DNA of 64,000 nt from an uncultured Acidobacteriota bacterium (GCA_963822445.1 CAWGHO010000002.1:1728001-1792000); one strand, 5' to 3'. Shown: positions 36,757-47,554, counted from the first letter of the stretch. Notes: a model not told the origin generated them from the letters alone. Numbers and translations are program-made.

Positions 36757-39700
36757 CTACCTCAGCGCCGCCCGCGCCGCCTCCGGAGTCGCCCGCTCGT
36801 TGGCCTCGAACTCGGTCAACTCTCGGCGCGCTCGCTCGGCCAGCTCTCCCATGCGCACCTGCTCGTAGCAGAGGGCGCGCATCTGCAGGATCTCCTTGAA
36901 CCAGGCGGTGTGCGGCTCGAGCGCGCGGAGGGCACCGATCGTCTGTCCGTTGCACTGTCCGTCCGCCCACGTTCGCGCGACGTAAGCGACGCGGCGTACT
37001 TCCTCGAGTTGATAGGCCGCGTAGGGAACGGAAAGCGCTGCCAGCACGGGCGAGTGTTGCGTTTCGGTGGTGATCGCCGCGGCGACGGTGATCGTCGACT
37101 CCATGACGCCGCGCAGTGGCCACGGATCGTCGCGATACGCCATGAGCGCCCTTGCGATCAGATCGAGCGCCTCGCCCGAGCGTCCCTGGCGATAGCGAAG
37201 CATGCCGACGATCGCGTCGGCTTCGACCGGCTGCCACGCGCGCAACTCGTTTGCGAACTCCTCGGCGCGCGAATCGCCGGAAAGCGCGAGCACATGCGCG
37301 ACCGACGCGAGCTGCCGCGAGTTCACGGGGGTCCACGGCGCCGATTTCCAGGCAGCTGCCGCGCTGCCGAACTCCGACGCGCCATACATCAGCGCGAACT
37401 CGCTGCGTGCGCCGGCGGATGGCAGGTAGGCGATCGACGCGCGGTTTGCGTCGACGACATTCCAGTCCACCGCGCCACGAAGCCATCGCGGCCGGGTGCC
37501 ACGAGCATTGCGCGCTGCCGCGGCGATGTCCGCGGTTCCGAACGAGTCGCGTCCCAGCGATCGCGCGAATCCGAACTCGATGACCGGGCGATCGTCGGTA
37601 TTCAGTTGCGGCGCGTCCTTGCCCAACGCCGACGCCACATCCTCGTTCGCGATGAAGTGCGCGAGCACCCCCTCGGCCGACTCGACCCGCCACGCGGAAT
37701 GCGTCGCGGCGCGGAACGGCTCCTGCGCGAGACGGCGGCGGATTCCGTCGACGTCAACCTGTAGAGGCTCGCGGGACGCCAGCAGCACGATGTCGCCGGG
37801 ATTCGTCGTCCAGGTCTGCACGTGAGGAAAGACCGTGGTGAGTGTCGCGTATACCGTGCGCGCGGTCTGCTCGTCGATCGAGTACGTCTGCAACCATTGC
37901 GCGAAAACGCCGCCTCGCTCCAGGCGCGCCGCCGCGGCTTCGTAGAACTCGCGGGTGTACAGACTGGCGACGCCGGCGCGATACGGATTGGAAGGCTCGG
38001 AAAAGATGATGTCGTAGCGGGCGCGCGACACCAGCAGCGTCTCGCGTGCGTCGCCCGTCGCGACGTGCACTTTCGCGTTGTCGAGCGCACCGCGATTCAC
38101 AGCCGCGAACTCGCGCGCCATGCGAACGACCGCGGGCTCGAGCTCGACGACGTCCACGCGCTTCATCGACGGGATCGCTCCGAGCCAGCCGGCGGTGGTG
38201 CCGGTGCCGAGGCCTACGATCATTGCCGTTCGCGGATCGGGATGGAGCAGCGCCGCGATCATGCCCGCCATCACCTGCGTCCCCGCGTCGCGTCGCGCGG
38301 AACCGTCGGATTTGCCGTTCACGATCAGGCCGAGATCGTCGTCGCGCATGAGGGCGATGCTGCTCTCGCGGCCTTCAGCCTCCGCGACCAGCGTGCGCCG
38401 GACGGAGTTCATCCAGCCGCGCGCGTCCGCGGCGCTCGTCGTCTTCGGCGCGCGTCCCGCGCCAATCCCGGAGTGCCGCCAGACCGCGCTCGGTCCCGTC
38501 GCGAACAACACCGCGACGGCCGCGCCGCCGACGAGCGTCGTGTACGCGAGCTGCGACGTCCGCTGCGCTCGCCAGGCGAACACCACCGCCAGCCCGACCA
38601 GCATTGCGACGGACAGCCGCCAGCAACCGGTCGCGGTCAGCCGCGGGATGAGAACGAAGCCGCCGGCGAGTGATCCTACGATTGCCCCGGCGGTGTTCCA
38701 CGCGTACGCGGAGCCGACGTCGCGGCCGACGTCTTCTCTTCCATGCCCGAGGAGTGCGATCAGCAATGGGAACTGCACGCCGGCGACGATCGCCGCGGGC
38801 AGCACCACGATCGCGGTGACGGTTGCCCAGCCCGCGATCTGTGCGCCGAAGGTCGAGACGTCGCGCAGAGCGAGAGCGAGCAGCGCGATGCGATCGCCGA
38901 TCGCGAACGGCACGCCGACCGCCAGCGCTTCTGCGGCGAGCGCGATCCCGAGGCCGCCCGAAGTCGCGAGCGCCGCGCCGCCCCAGCGCGCGTAAAGAAC
39001 GCCGCCGATGCCGATTCCCGCCAGCGCCATCGCCAGCACGAGCGCGAACATGAACGTCGTGCCGCCGAGAAGCGGCGAGAGCATGCGGTACCAGACCAGC
39101 TCCATGAGCAGGAACACGAAGCCGGTCATGGCCGCGGCGGCGCAGACCACATTCCGTCGCAGCAAGGGACTCTTCGCACGACGAGTGCTCTTCTCCGGCA
39201 CGACCTCCGCCTCGACGCTCGCCGGTCGACTGCAGAAAGCGACGACACCGATGGCGAGGTTGATTGCCGCCGCCGCGAAGAGCGTCCCGCGGTTGCCATA
39301 GCGCTCGAGCAGAATGAACGCGGCGATGACCGCGCCCGTCACGGCGCCGGCGGTGTTCATCGCGTAGAGCAAGGCGACGCTGCGCCGGCCGGAATCACCA
39401 GCGATGCTGCGCGCGGCCGCGGGCAACGTTCCGCCCATGAGAAACGTCGGCAGACCGAGGACCAGCGCGGCGAGAACGAATCGCAGTGCGATCGAGCCGC
39501 CCGAGCCGACGTACGCGATGCGCACGAAGTCGATCAGGAGCGGCGTGAGCGCGGCGGCGATCGCGATCCCGATCTCCAGCAGGCCGTAGAAGCGGAGTGG
39601 ATGCGGGTGCGTGTCGGACTTCTTGCCGAGCACCGCCGCGCCGGCGCCGAGGCCGGCCATGAAGATGGCCAGGACGGCGGCGGCGGCGAGCGTCGACGTG

Positions 39701-39801
39701 CCGAAGACGAGCCGCAGCTCGCGCATCCAGACGGTCTGATAAACGAGGGCGCACAGGCCGGAGACGAACAGCAGCGAGGCGACTGCCGAGGTTTTCTGCA
39801 T
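36757..39801 (-). CDS. Fused membrane (MFS-like)/spermidine-synthase-domain protein
   Basis: SGLCALVYQTVWMR, LMGGTLP, LYAMNTAGA membrane repeats; VNGKSD, VGLGTGTTA, VELEP, DIIFSEPSNP. Confidence 0.9.
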   Translation of the reverse strand: MQKTSAVASLLFVSGLCALVYQTVWMRELRLVFGTSTLAAAAVLAIFMAGLGAGAAVLGKKSDTHPHPLRFYGLLEIGIAIAAALTPLLIDFVRIAYVGSGGSIALRFVLAALVLGLPTFLMGGTLPAAARSIAGDSGRRSVALLYAMNTAGAVTGAVIAAFILLERYGNRGTLFAAAAINLAIGVVAFCSRPASVEAEVVPEKSTRRAKSPLLRRNVVCAAAAMTGFVFLLMELVWYRMLSPLLGGTTFMFALVLAMALAGIGIGGVLYARWGGAALATSGGLGIALAAEALAVGVPFAIGDRIALLALALRDVSTFGAQIAGWATVTAIVVLPAAIVAGVQFPLLIALLGHGREDVGRDVGSAYAWNTAGAIVGSLAGGFVLIPRLTATGCWRLSVAMLVGLAVVFAWRAQRTSQLAYTTLVGGAAVAVLFATGPSAVWRHSGIGAGRAPKTTSAADARGWMNSVRRTLVAEAEGRESSIALMRDDDLGLIVNGKSDGSARRDAGTQVMAGMIAALLHPDPRTAMIVGLGTGTTAGWLGAIPSMKRVDVVELEPAVVRMAREFAAVNRGALDNAKVHVATGDARETLLVSRARYDIIFSEPSNPYRAGVASLYTREFYEAAAARLERGGVFAQWLQTYSIDEQTARTVYATLTTVFPHVQTWTTNPGDIVLLASREPLQVDVDGIRRRLAQEPFRAATHSAWRVESAEGVLAHFIANEDVASALGKDAPQLNTDDRPVIEFGFARSLGRDSFGTADIAAAARNARGTRPRWLRGAVDWNVVDANRASIAYLPSAGARSEFALMYGASEFGSAAAAWKSAPWTPVNSRQLASVAHVLALSGDSRAEEFANELRAWQPVEADAIVGMLRYRQGRSGEALDLIARALMAYRDDPWPLRGVMESTITVAAAITTETQHSPVLAALSVPYAAYQLEEVRRVAYVARTWADGQCNGQTIGALRALEPHTAWFKEILQMRALCYEQVRMGELAERARRELTEFEANERATPEAARAALR

Positions 39802-39850
39802 CCCCTCAACGTACGACCGAAGGAGAGAGGGGACTGTGACGCGTGGGCCG

Positions 39851-40294
39851 TCAGCGCACCGTCGCGCTCATGATCGTGTAGATCTCGCGGTAGCGGCGCT
39901 CGCCGGCCTCGAAGTCGACCTCCGCCCGGATGTTCAGCGGTTCCGACGGACTGAGTCCGCGCGTCGATGAGACCGCTTCGGCCAGGACCGAGAACGTCTT
40001 CGATCCGCCGGGCGGGATGACGTCGTTGAACGTCCGCACGACCGGCAGGATCTCGTAGTCCATCATCGACGGCGAGGACAGGCGGATCCTCCGCACGCGG
40101 ACCTCGACCTTCGCGGGATTGTTCACCGTGACGTCGAAGGAAGCCTGCGCGGTGCGGCTCGATCCGAACATCAGCGGCGCGCGCAGATTCACACCCACCT
40201 CAGCCTGGGCAACGTCGGCGGGTCGCACCGCCTGAGTACTGCTCGCGCAGGCGGCGAGCATCACGATGAGAAGGGCAATCAGGAAAACGCGCAT
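39851..40294 (-). CDS. Hypothetical lipoprotein (LEA/WHy-like beta-sandwich possible)
   Basis: MRVFLIALLIVMLAA-C lipobox; VTVNNP motif. Confidence 0.7.
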   Translation of the reverse strand: MRVFLIALLIVMLAACASSTQAVRPADVAQAEVGVNLRAPLMFGSSRTAQASFDVTVNNPAKVEVRVRRIRLSSPSMMDYEILPVVRTFNDVIPPGGSKTFSVLAEAVSSTRGLSPSEPLNIRAEVDFEAGERRYREIYTIMSATVR

Positions 40295-40332
40295 GGCGCT
40301 TTTTGCCTGCAACGTGCGTGCGCATGGCCTTC

Positions 40333-42075
40333 TTACGTGATTCCCACCCCCGAGAAGGCGTCGCTCACGGCCTGCACCTTCACGTCCTTATCCGCATCGT
40401 TGCGGAAGAGCGACCGTGCCCACTGCTCGACGGCGCGGCGGCTCGCGGCGAAGTCCGACGTTCGGGACAGGCTCTGGGTGAGGGCCAGGTAGAACATCGC
40501 CGCGACCTGGGAGGCGGTGAAGAGGAACTGGCCGCCGCGGCGCGTGGTGAGAATCGTGTGCGCGGCCTTGTTGTGGATGCCGCTGTTCCAGTGCACGCCG
40601 CCCCAGTCTCCCTCGCGCGTCTCCGGCAGGCGGCGATAGTCGTTCATGTGCGCCGGCTGATTGTGCTTGGTGGGATCGGCGAGATTGCGAATGGGCAGGC
40701 CCGTTTCGGTGAGGTCCTCGCCGAGGCGCCAGTCCCACTTGGCGAGGTTGGTCTGGTTGATGTTCGAGACGATGATTCCGAAGATGTCCGAGTAGGACTC
40801 GTTCAGCGCGCCCGACTGACCGCGATATTCGAGTCGCGAGGTCTTGTCGGTCAGGCCGTGGAAGATCTCGTGCGCGACGACGTCCTTCGCCGCGGCGTAA
40901 CTGCGCAGCCGCGTGCCGACCTTGCGCTGGCCGTACACCATCTGTTTTCCGACCCAGGCGGCGTTCTTCCACTCCTGCGTTCCGGGGCGGTCGACGCAAT
41001 TGATGGTCGAGATCACCGGGCCGCCGGCGTTGTCGAGACCGTTGCGGCGCAGCACCTTCGCCAGGAAGTCGACGACCTCCGTCGCGTTCGCGTGCGCGCT
41101 GATCGCGGCAGGACTCCACGGTTTGGGCGGCTGATTGCTCACCACCGTGCCGGGAAGGCGGCCGAACTCCGCGTTGATGTTGCGGAAACTGAAGTCGAAC
41201 GTGGTCACGTTGCGCGTCGTGTCGCGCAGCACGAAGCCGGGGCCGTTCGCGGCGCACTCGATCTCGCGCAACGCTTTCAGTTCGTCCGCCGCTTTTTTCA
41301 CCAGGGACTGCGTGCGCGGCAGCTCGTCGACCAGCTCGCCCGAGTGCGCGTCGGTCACGTAATCGTAGAGCTGCGGGATCGGGTAGTTCACCTCACTCTT
41401 CTTCTCGACGTTCTCGGTGATGTAGACGAGGCGCCAGCGGCTGACTTCGCGGTCGTAGTAGAAGTTGAGGCGCGGGATGGCGGTGAGGCGATTCTGCTGA
41501 TAGCCCGCCGCTTTGCGCACGGTGTCGAGCGCGTCGGCCGGCGACACGCGCGCGACCGGATCGATGTTCACCGGCTCGGCCAGCGACGAATCGAGCGCGA
41601 CCAGTGCGTTCTGATCGTCCAGCTCGACGGTGATGATCGAGCCGTAGACCGGCACCTTGTGAAAGTGCTGGCGGAACTTCACCGTGGTCGTTCCGGTGAG
41701 CGGCATCGTCTCGGTTCCGATCGATTTGTACTCGCCCGGCTCGCCGCTGACTTCACCGGGCATGAACGAAGGCAGGGCCTCGCTGGCGAAGGCGCGGGAG
41801 AGGTGTTGCCGCGCCGCGGTTTCCTTGTCCACACCGCTGAGACTCATCTCCGGGACGGGTGAGAAGTCGGCGGCGGCGGCCGTGGCCAGTGCGGCCATGG
41901 CCGGCCCCGAGGCCGTCTCATCGCGATGCATGGCGAAGGGACGCAAGCCCGTATTCGACGGCGGCGGTCCGGTCAGCGCGGCCACTTCCACCGTTGCCGC
42001 GGCGCGTTTGGTGGAGCTTTTCCGGCTGCTGCTCTTCTTCTTCGTTCCTCGTGAGGCCTTGCGCGTCGATGCCAT
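40333..42075 (-). CDS. M4 family (thermolysin-like) metallopeptidase with propeptide
   Basis: NAAW, VVAHEIFHG, ALNESYSDIFG, GGVHWNSGIHN; FTP/PepSY-like propeptide. Confidence 0.92.
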   Translation of the reverse strand: MASTRKASRGTKKKSSSRKSSTKRAAATVEVAALTGPPPSNTGLRPFAMHRDETASGPAMAALATAAAADFSPVPEMSLSGVDKETAARQHLSRAFASEALPSFMPGEVSGEPGEYKSIGTETMPLTGTTTVKFRQHFHKVPVYGSIITVELDDQNALVALDSSLAEPVNIDPVARVSPADALDTVRKAAGYQQNRLTAIPRLNFYYDREVSRWRLVYITENVEKKSEVNYPIPQLYDYVTDAHSGELVDELPRTQSLVKKAADELKALREIECAANGPGFVLRDTTRNVTTFDFSFRNINAEFGRLPGTVVSNQPPKPWSPAAISAHANATEVVDFLAKVLRRNGLDNAGGPVISTINCVDRPGTQEWKNAAWVGKQMVYGQRKVGTRLRSYAAAKDVVAHEIFHGLTDKTSRLEYRGQSGALNESYSDIFGIIVSNINQTNLAKWDWRLGEDLTETGLPIRNLADPTKHNQPAHMNDYRRLPETREGDWGGVHWNSGIHNKAAHTILTTRRGGQFLFTASQVAAMFYLALTQSLSRTSDFAASRRAVEQWARSLFRNDADKDVKVQAVSDAFSGVGIT

Positions 42076-42156
42076 GAGTTCCCTCCGTCTAATGGAGGGT
42101 ACACGGGGCGGATTTTCCTACCCAGCCCGTGCCGCCACCTGTTTTTCCGGCGAATA

Positions 42157-42185
42157 TTGACGCTCCCGGACCCGTTCACTACACT
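42157..42185 (+). promoter_or_regulatory. Sigma-70 promoter of tRNA-Cys
   Basis: TTGACG-N17-TACACT. Confidence 0.75.
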
Positions 42186-42203
42186 CGCCAATCCTCCCGG
42201 TGA

Positions 42204-42277
<74 letters not shown>

Positions 42278-42278
<1 letters not shown>

Positions 42279-43059
42279 TATTTCCCACCCCTCCAGGCTT
42301 CCACTTCGCGGCGACCGTCGAGTCCCACGGCTGGTATCAGCTCGCGCCGTCTCGCTGGTCCCGCGAGGAGCAGGTCCTGCGGCGCAAAGAGCGCTTCGGC
42401 AACCGCACCGTCGATCTGGCGATCACCTTTCGCGACGGTGCGCTGCACGTCACCGGCGCGCCTCCTTCCGCGGAGCTGAAGGCGCGGATCGACAGGATGT
42501 TCCAGCTGAACGTCGACGTCGCGGAGTTCGTGGCGCTTGCGCGAGCATCCCCCCATCACGCCTGGGTCGAGGCCGCGGGCTTCGGCCGGTTGCTTTGCGG
42601 TGCGACGGTCTGGGAAGACGCGGTGAAGATCATCTGCACGACCAACACGATTGGCGGCAGACGGTGCGGATGGTGGAACTGCTCGTGACGAACTGCGGGC
42701 GCGGCGGCGCGTTTCCGTCGCAGAAGGACATCGCCCACTTCACGGAGCTGGAGCTGAAGGAAGACTGCCGCCTCGGCTATCGAGCGAAATCGATTCGTGC
42801 GTTGGCGGAGGTCCACGTCGCCGCCGGCGCCGACTACAAGACCTACCTCCAACTCCCCGGCATCGGCCCGTACGGCGCGGCGCACCTTCTGGCGATGGAC
42901 GGCCACCACGATTACATCGCCGTCGATACGGAATTCCGAAGGCACGTGCGCGAGACCTATCACCGCGGCAAGCAGGTCAGCGACGCGGCGATGCTGCGGC
43001 GCTACGCGAAATGGGGGCGGTGGAAGTACCTCGCGTACTGGTCGGAGCTGCACCGGTGA
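42278..43059 (+). pseudogene. HhH-GPD (AlkA/Ogg-like) DNA glycosylase; frameshifted, no clear start codon
   Basis: Frame 1: SHGWYQLAP...GRLLCGATVWEDAVKIICTTNT; frame 2 continues WRQTVRMV...LGYRAK...LPGIGPYGAAHLL...VDT; one base missing near 42650. Confidence 0.75.
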
Positions 43060-43060
43060 G

Positions 43061-43092
43061 CCTGTCCTGAGCGAGCGAAGCGAGTCGAATGG
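43061..43092. repeat. REP-like element
   Basis: cctgtcctgagcgagcgaagcgagtcgaatgg immediately after the stop; resembles a common intergenic repeat but is single-copy in this window. Confidence 0.45.
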
Positions 43093-43259
43093 ATGGCCGC
43101 CGCTTTGCAGCCGGGTGCGCGCGAGGACAAGTAGTGTACTCCGCTCGGAACGAGAGTGAAATATTGACCGCGCGGCGTGCCGTTTGGATAATCACTCCGA
43201 GCACGTAGATCGTAAGCTGCTTGATTTTGCAATAGTTTACGTGCGGAGGGAGAGAGCGC

Positions 43260-43613
43260 GTGGACGACAAGATCAAGCAGCTTCTGCAGGACCTCGGCAC
43301 GGCGATCAACGAATCGATCTCGGGCTCGGAAGACGTCAACCAGCACATCCAGCGGATCCGCGACGAGGGTTATGACCTCTATGTCGTGCTCGACGCGACC
43401 ATCGGTCTGAACAAACAGGACGCCGACGGCGACGACGATTCCACCGCCGTGACGACCGTCAGCGAGCCGCCGAAGGAAGTGCAGTTCCGCATCAACGTGA
43501 ACGACCTGGCGCTGCTCCGCGCCCTCGGCATCGACCCAACCCGCAAGGTGCGCTCCGCTCGACGCGTCGAACAGATTGCGCAAAGCAATGTCCAGCACAC
43601 CAGCGACGACTGA
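43260..43613 (+). CDS. Hypothetical acidic protein (117 aa)
   Basis: GTG after GGAGG; good codon usage; overlaps the rlmN start. Confidence 0.75.
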   Translation: MDDKIKQLLQDLGTAINESISGSEDVNQHIQRIRDEGYDLYVVLDATIGLNKQDADGDDDSTAVTTVSEPPKEVQFRINVNDLALLRALGIDPTRKVRSARRVEQIAQSNVQHTSDD

Positions 43614-44689
43614 GCGTCCGAATCTTTACGACCTCGAACCGAAAGCGCTCGAAGAGGCGCTCGGCCTGATCGTTTCCCCACCGTTCCGTTTCAAGCAGAT
43701 CGAAGAATGGATGCACGTGCGCGGCGTCGACTCGTTCGAGTCGATGACCAACATTCCCAAAGACGTCCGCGCCGCTTTGTCCGAGCGATTCACGCTCTCG
43801 CTGCCGCAGGTGCTGACGCGCACCGATCCCGCGCCTGACGGCAGCCAGAAATATCTGTTCAGCCTTGCCGACGCGAATCGCATCGAATCGGTCTACATGC
43901 CGATGGGTGATCGCACGAGTATCTGCCTTTCGTCGCAAGCCGGATGCGCGGTCGGTTGCACGTTCTGCGTGACCGGCTTCTTCGGCGCGGGACGCAATCT
44001 CACGCCGTCGGAGATGCTCGGGCAGTTCTTCACCATCCAGCACGAGAAGCAGATTCCCGCCGAGCAGATGAACGTCGTGTTCATGGGCATGGGCGAGCCG
44101 CTGTTGAACTTCGACAACGTCGTGACGACGCTGGAGGCGCTGTATCGCAACATGTCGCCGCGGCGGATCACGCTGTCGACATCGGGGATCATTCCGGGCA
44201 TCGAGGCGCTGGCGAGGCTCGAGCGGCGGCCGAATCTAGCGATCTCCATCAACGCGCCCGATCGCAAGCGCCGCGAGGAGATCATGCCCATCACCTCGAA
44301 GTATCCGCTCGACGAGTTGATGGCCGCGCTGAGGAGGTTCCCGCTGGAGAAGCACCGCGACATCACCATCGAATACGTGCTGCTCGCCGGCTACAACGAC
44401 TCGCCGCAGGACGCCGTTGCGTTGGCGAAGCTGATCCGCGGCCTGCACGCGAAGGTGAACGCGATCCCCTTCAACGAGGATGCGAACCTGCCGAAGTGGA
44501 TGAAGCGGCCCAAGGACGCGCGAGATCGACCGCTTCGTCGACACGCTTGTGAAGCACGGCGTGCGGGTCACGGTGCGGCGCTCGAAAGGGCGGGACATCG
44601 CGGCGGCCTGCGGCCAGTTGCGCGGGAAAGAGATCGCGAAGTCTCGCGCTACCGCCGGCTTGGAAGTTCATCCTTCGCGGGCGCGGTAG
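43588..44689 (+). CDS. rlmN: 23S rRNA A2503 C2-methyltransferase RlmN, with an apparent frameshift at about 44521
   Basis: CLSSQAGCAVGCTFC, MGMGEP, IEYVLL, NAIPFN; C-terminal VRRSKGRDIAAACGQL lies in the next frame after one extra base. Confidence 0.9.
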
Positions 44690-44697
44690 GTCTCGCT

Positions 44698-44793
44698 TCT
44701 GGACTGCGGCAGCAGAGCTGCCGCTCTTCCTTGCGCGAGCCGCAGCTCGCGCTGCGGTAAGTGAGAGCGGCGGCTGGGCCGCCGCAGTCCAGA
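44698..44793. repeat. REP-like inverted repeat between convergent genes
   Basis: tctggactgcggcagcagagctgccgctct ... agagcggcggctgggccgccgcagtccaga. Confidence 0.75.
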
Positions 44794-44804
44794 GAAGAGC
44801 GCCG

Positions 44805-45581
44805 CTACGGCCGGACGGCCTCTGCGTACAGCATCGGAATCCGAAACCGCAACGGGCTCGCGGCGTTGAGCTGCTCTTCGAGCCGCGCGTAAACGGCGTC
44901 GTCGTCGACCACCGTCCGCCATCCGTCGACGAAGAACTGCACGAGGTTGTGTTTGAACATGGCCGTGCCGCTGGCGAACTTCAGATAGAACTCGCTCTCC
45001 ACGACTTTGGTCATGGTGAAGCCGGCATCAGTCAGCAACTTCTCGACGCCAGCGCGCGTGCCGCGATGCTTTTCCTGCTTCGTGATCTCGGCAGCGCGCT
45101 CGGGGGCCGCGGCGCGGAAAAGGTCGTAGAGCTCGGCCATGTGGCCGGTGAGGTTCGTGGTCAGCACGATGCGTCCGCCGGGCTTCGAAACGCGGAAGCA
45201 TTCCTTTGCAACTGCCGGCGGATCGTCGAAGTTGTTGATGCCGAGGTTCGAGGTGATGAGGTCGAAGGCTTCGTTGTCGAAGGGCATGGCCGCACCGTCG
45301 GCCGCGTGCAACTCGACGTTGGTGAGGCCGTAGAAATCGCGCTTTCGGATCGCCCGGGCGATGGCCTGTTCCCACGGATCGATGCCGGTGAAGTGCGAGG
45401 AAGGTCCATGCACGTGCGCGAGCTCGAACAGCGGAAAGCCGGTCGCGCAACCGACGTCGAGGCCGCGGACGTTCGGGCGAAGCTCGAGGTTGTCGATCAG
45501 CAATGCGCCGAAGCGCGAGCTCCAGAACGAGACCTCATCGAAAACCGTGTCAGCGAAATCGGGGTGGAGATGACGGCTCAT
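44805..45581 (-). CDS. Class I SAM-dependent methyltransferase (258 aa)
   Basis: ATG 45581 coupled to the thpR stop; LDVGCATG, GIDP, FDLITSN, RVSKPGG. Confidence 0.88.
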   Translation of the reverse strand: MSRHLHPDFADTVFDEVSFWSSRFGALLIDNLELRPNVRGLDVGCATGFPLFELAHVHGPSSHFTGIDPWEQAIARAIRKRDFYGLTNVELHAADGAAMPFDNEAFDLITSNLGINNFDDPPAVAKECFRVSKPGGRIVLTTNLTGHMAELYDLFRAAAPERAAEITKQEKHRGTRAGVEKLLTDAGFTMTKVVESEFYLKFASGTAMFKHNLVQFFVDGWRTVVDDDAVYARLEEQLNAASPLRFRIPMLYAEAVRP

Positions 45582-46132
45582 GCCAAAGCGAATGATGCCT
45601 GAGCCGTGTGGATCGCGCCTTTCGGACTGAGCTGGCTGGAAAAGAGCGTGACCTGATCGACCACGAACGGCACCGAGCGATAGTCGCGAAAGGAGCGGCA
45701 GAACAGATCGATCGACGCCGGCGGCCAGGGATCGCGCACGCGCAGCAGCGTGAGATGCGGCTTGAACTCCACGCCGTCGAGCGCGACGCCCTGCTTCGTG
45801 ACGACGTTGCGTACGACATGGGCGATCTCGACGAACTTCGACTCCGGCTCGAGGCCCACCCAGCCCACGCGCGCGTGCCGCGGGTTCGGGAAGAAGCCAC
45901 ATCCGAACAGCGTCGCTTCGAACTTCGCGGTTTTCGCCAGCGCCTCGCGCAAGGGTCCGTCGACCTGGTCGATGATCGAGTCTTTCTGTTCGCCGAGAAA
46001 CGCCAGGGTCAGATGCTGGGTCTCGGGCCGGACCCACGACGCCGCCGGCAATCGCGGCTTGAATTGCGAGGCACGGTCGTTGAGGTCGCGGAGGACCTCC
46101 GACGGGAAGCTCGTAGCAATGAAGAGCCGCAT
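45578..46132 (-). CDS. thpR: RNA 2',3'-cyclic phosphodiesterase (2H family)
   Basis: MRLFIA, two HLTL motifs. Confidence 0.92.
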   Translation of the reverse strand: MRLFIATSFPSEVLRDLNDRASQFKPRLPAASWVRPETQHLTLAFLGEQKDSIIDQVDGPLREALAKTAKFEATLFGCGFFPNPRHARVGWVGLEPESKFVEIAHVVRNVVTKQGVALDGVEFKPHLTLLRVRDPWPPASIDLFCRSFRDYRSVPFVVDQVTLFSSQLSPKGAIHTAQASFALA

Positions 46133-46156
46133 TGGACGTACGGACGAGCAAGCATC

Positions 46157-47554
46157 TTACGCCTTTCGGTCGGCCTGCCCCGCAAGAAATTCGGGCGTGA
46201 AAATTTCGGCGATCTTCTCTTCGGGCACGAGGTTTTTCTCGCGCAGAAGGTCGGGAATGCGCCGTCCGGTCTTCGCCGATTCCTTCGCCAGTTCCGCCGC
46301 GGCGGCGTATCCGATCAGCGGATTGAGCGCCGTGGCCAGCGAAGGGGAGCTGATGTAGTACGCCTCGCAGCGCTCGCGGTTGGCGCCGATGCCGCGCACG
46401 CACTTTTCGATGAAGACCGGCAGGTAGTTCTTGAGAATCTCGATGGAGAAGGTGATCTCGAATGCCATGAGCGGCATCATCACGTTCAGCTCGAGCTGCC
46501 CCGCCTGCGACGCGTACGCAACCGCGGTGTCAGCGCCGATGATGTGGAAGAGCACCTGGTTCATGCACTCCAGCATCGAGGGATTCACTTTGCCGGGCAT
46601 GATCGACGAGCCGGGTTGCACGGACGGCAGAGTGATCTCGGCGAGTCCGGTCATCGGGCCCGAGGAGAGCAAGCGCAGGTCGTTGGTGATGCGCGTCAGC
46701 TCCAGAGCGAGATTGCGCAACGCCGCCGATACCGCGACGACCGGCAACTGCGACTGCATGGCCTCACGCAGATCGTCGTTCGACGACAGCTCGAGCCCGG
46801 TCGCTTCGCTGAGATGCTTCACGATCGCGAATCGATATCCGACCGGTGCGTTCATGCCCGTCCCCGCTGCCGTTCCGCCGATGCCGAGGACGCGGAGCTC
46901 TTCGCCGGCGTTGCGCAGCAGCCGCGTCGAGCGGCGCATGGCCGACGCGTAGGCTTGGAACTCCTGGCCGAGCGTCACCGGAACCGCGTCGGCGAGATGC
47001 GTGCGGCCGGACTTGATGACGTCCGCGAACTCGTCGCCCTTCGCCGCGAGTGCAGCGCTCAGCGCGTCGAGTTGCGGATGCAGTTGATCGAGCAGCAGAA
47101 GCGTTGCGATGCGGATGGCAGTCGGGAACACGTCGTTCGTCGACTGGGCCATGTTGACGTGATCGTTCGGATGCACGGGCGTGTAGCTGCCGAGTGTGCC
47201 GCCGAGGGCGACGTTGGCGAGGTTGGCGATGACCTCGTTGCAGTTCATGTTGAACGACGTGCCCGCGCCGGCCTGGAAGACGTCGACGACGAAGTGTTTC
47301 CGGTGGGCGTTGAAGTCGCTCAGGATGCGGTCGCAGGCGTCGATGATCGCGTTGGCGCGCTCCTCGTCGATCGCCCCGAGCTCGAGATTCGCGACCGCGG
47401 CGGATCGTTTCAGAAGGATGAACGCGCGGATGAAGGTGGGATGCTCGCGCAGGCCGCTGATCGGGTAATTCTCGACCGCGCGCTGCGTTTGCGCGCCGTA
47501 CAGCGCGCCGTCAGGAACGTGGACTTCGCCGAGGGTGTCTTTTTCAGTTCTCAC
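46157..47554 (-). CDS. aspA: Aspartate ammonia-lyase (fumarase class II superfamily)
   Basis: GTG 47554; RTEKDTLG, YGAQTQRA, GAGTSFNMN, QSTNDVFPT, GSSIMPGKVNP. Confidence 0.85.
   Translation of the reverse strand: MRTEKDTLGEVHVPDGALYGAQTQRAVENYPISGLREHPTFIRAFILLKRSAAVANLELGAIDEERANAIIDACDRILSDFNAHRKHFVVDVFQAGAGTSFNMNCNEVIANLANVALGGTLGSYTPVHPNDHVNMAQSTNDVFPTAIRIATLLLLDQLHPQLDALSAALAAKGDEFADVIKSGRTHLADAVPVTLGQEFQAYASAMRRSTRLLRNAGEELRVLGIGGTAAGTGMNAPVGYRFAIVKHLSEATGLELSSNDDLREAMQSQLPVVAVSAALRNLALELTRITNDLRLLSSGPMTGLAEITLPSVQPGSSIMPGKVNPSMLECMNQVLFHIIGADTAVAYASQAGQLELNVMMPLMAFEITFSIEILKNYLPVFIEKCVRGIGANRERCEAYYISSPSLATALNPLIGYAAAAELAKESAKTGRRIPDLLREKNLVPEEKIAEIFTPEFLAGQADRKA

Noticed and set aside
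42640-44525. Programmed ribosomal frameshifting in the glycosylase and rlmN
   Set aside because: No slippery heptamer or homopolymer at either site; single-base error or mutation is simpler
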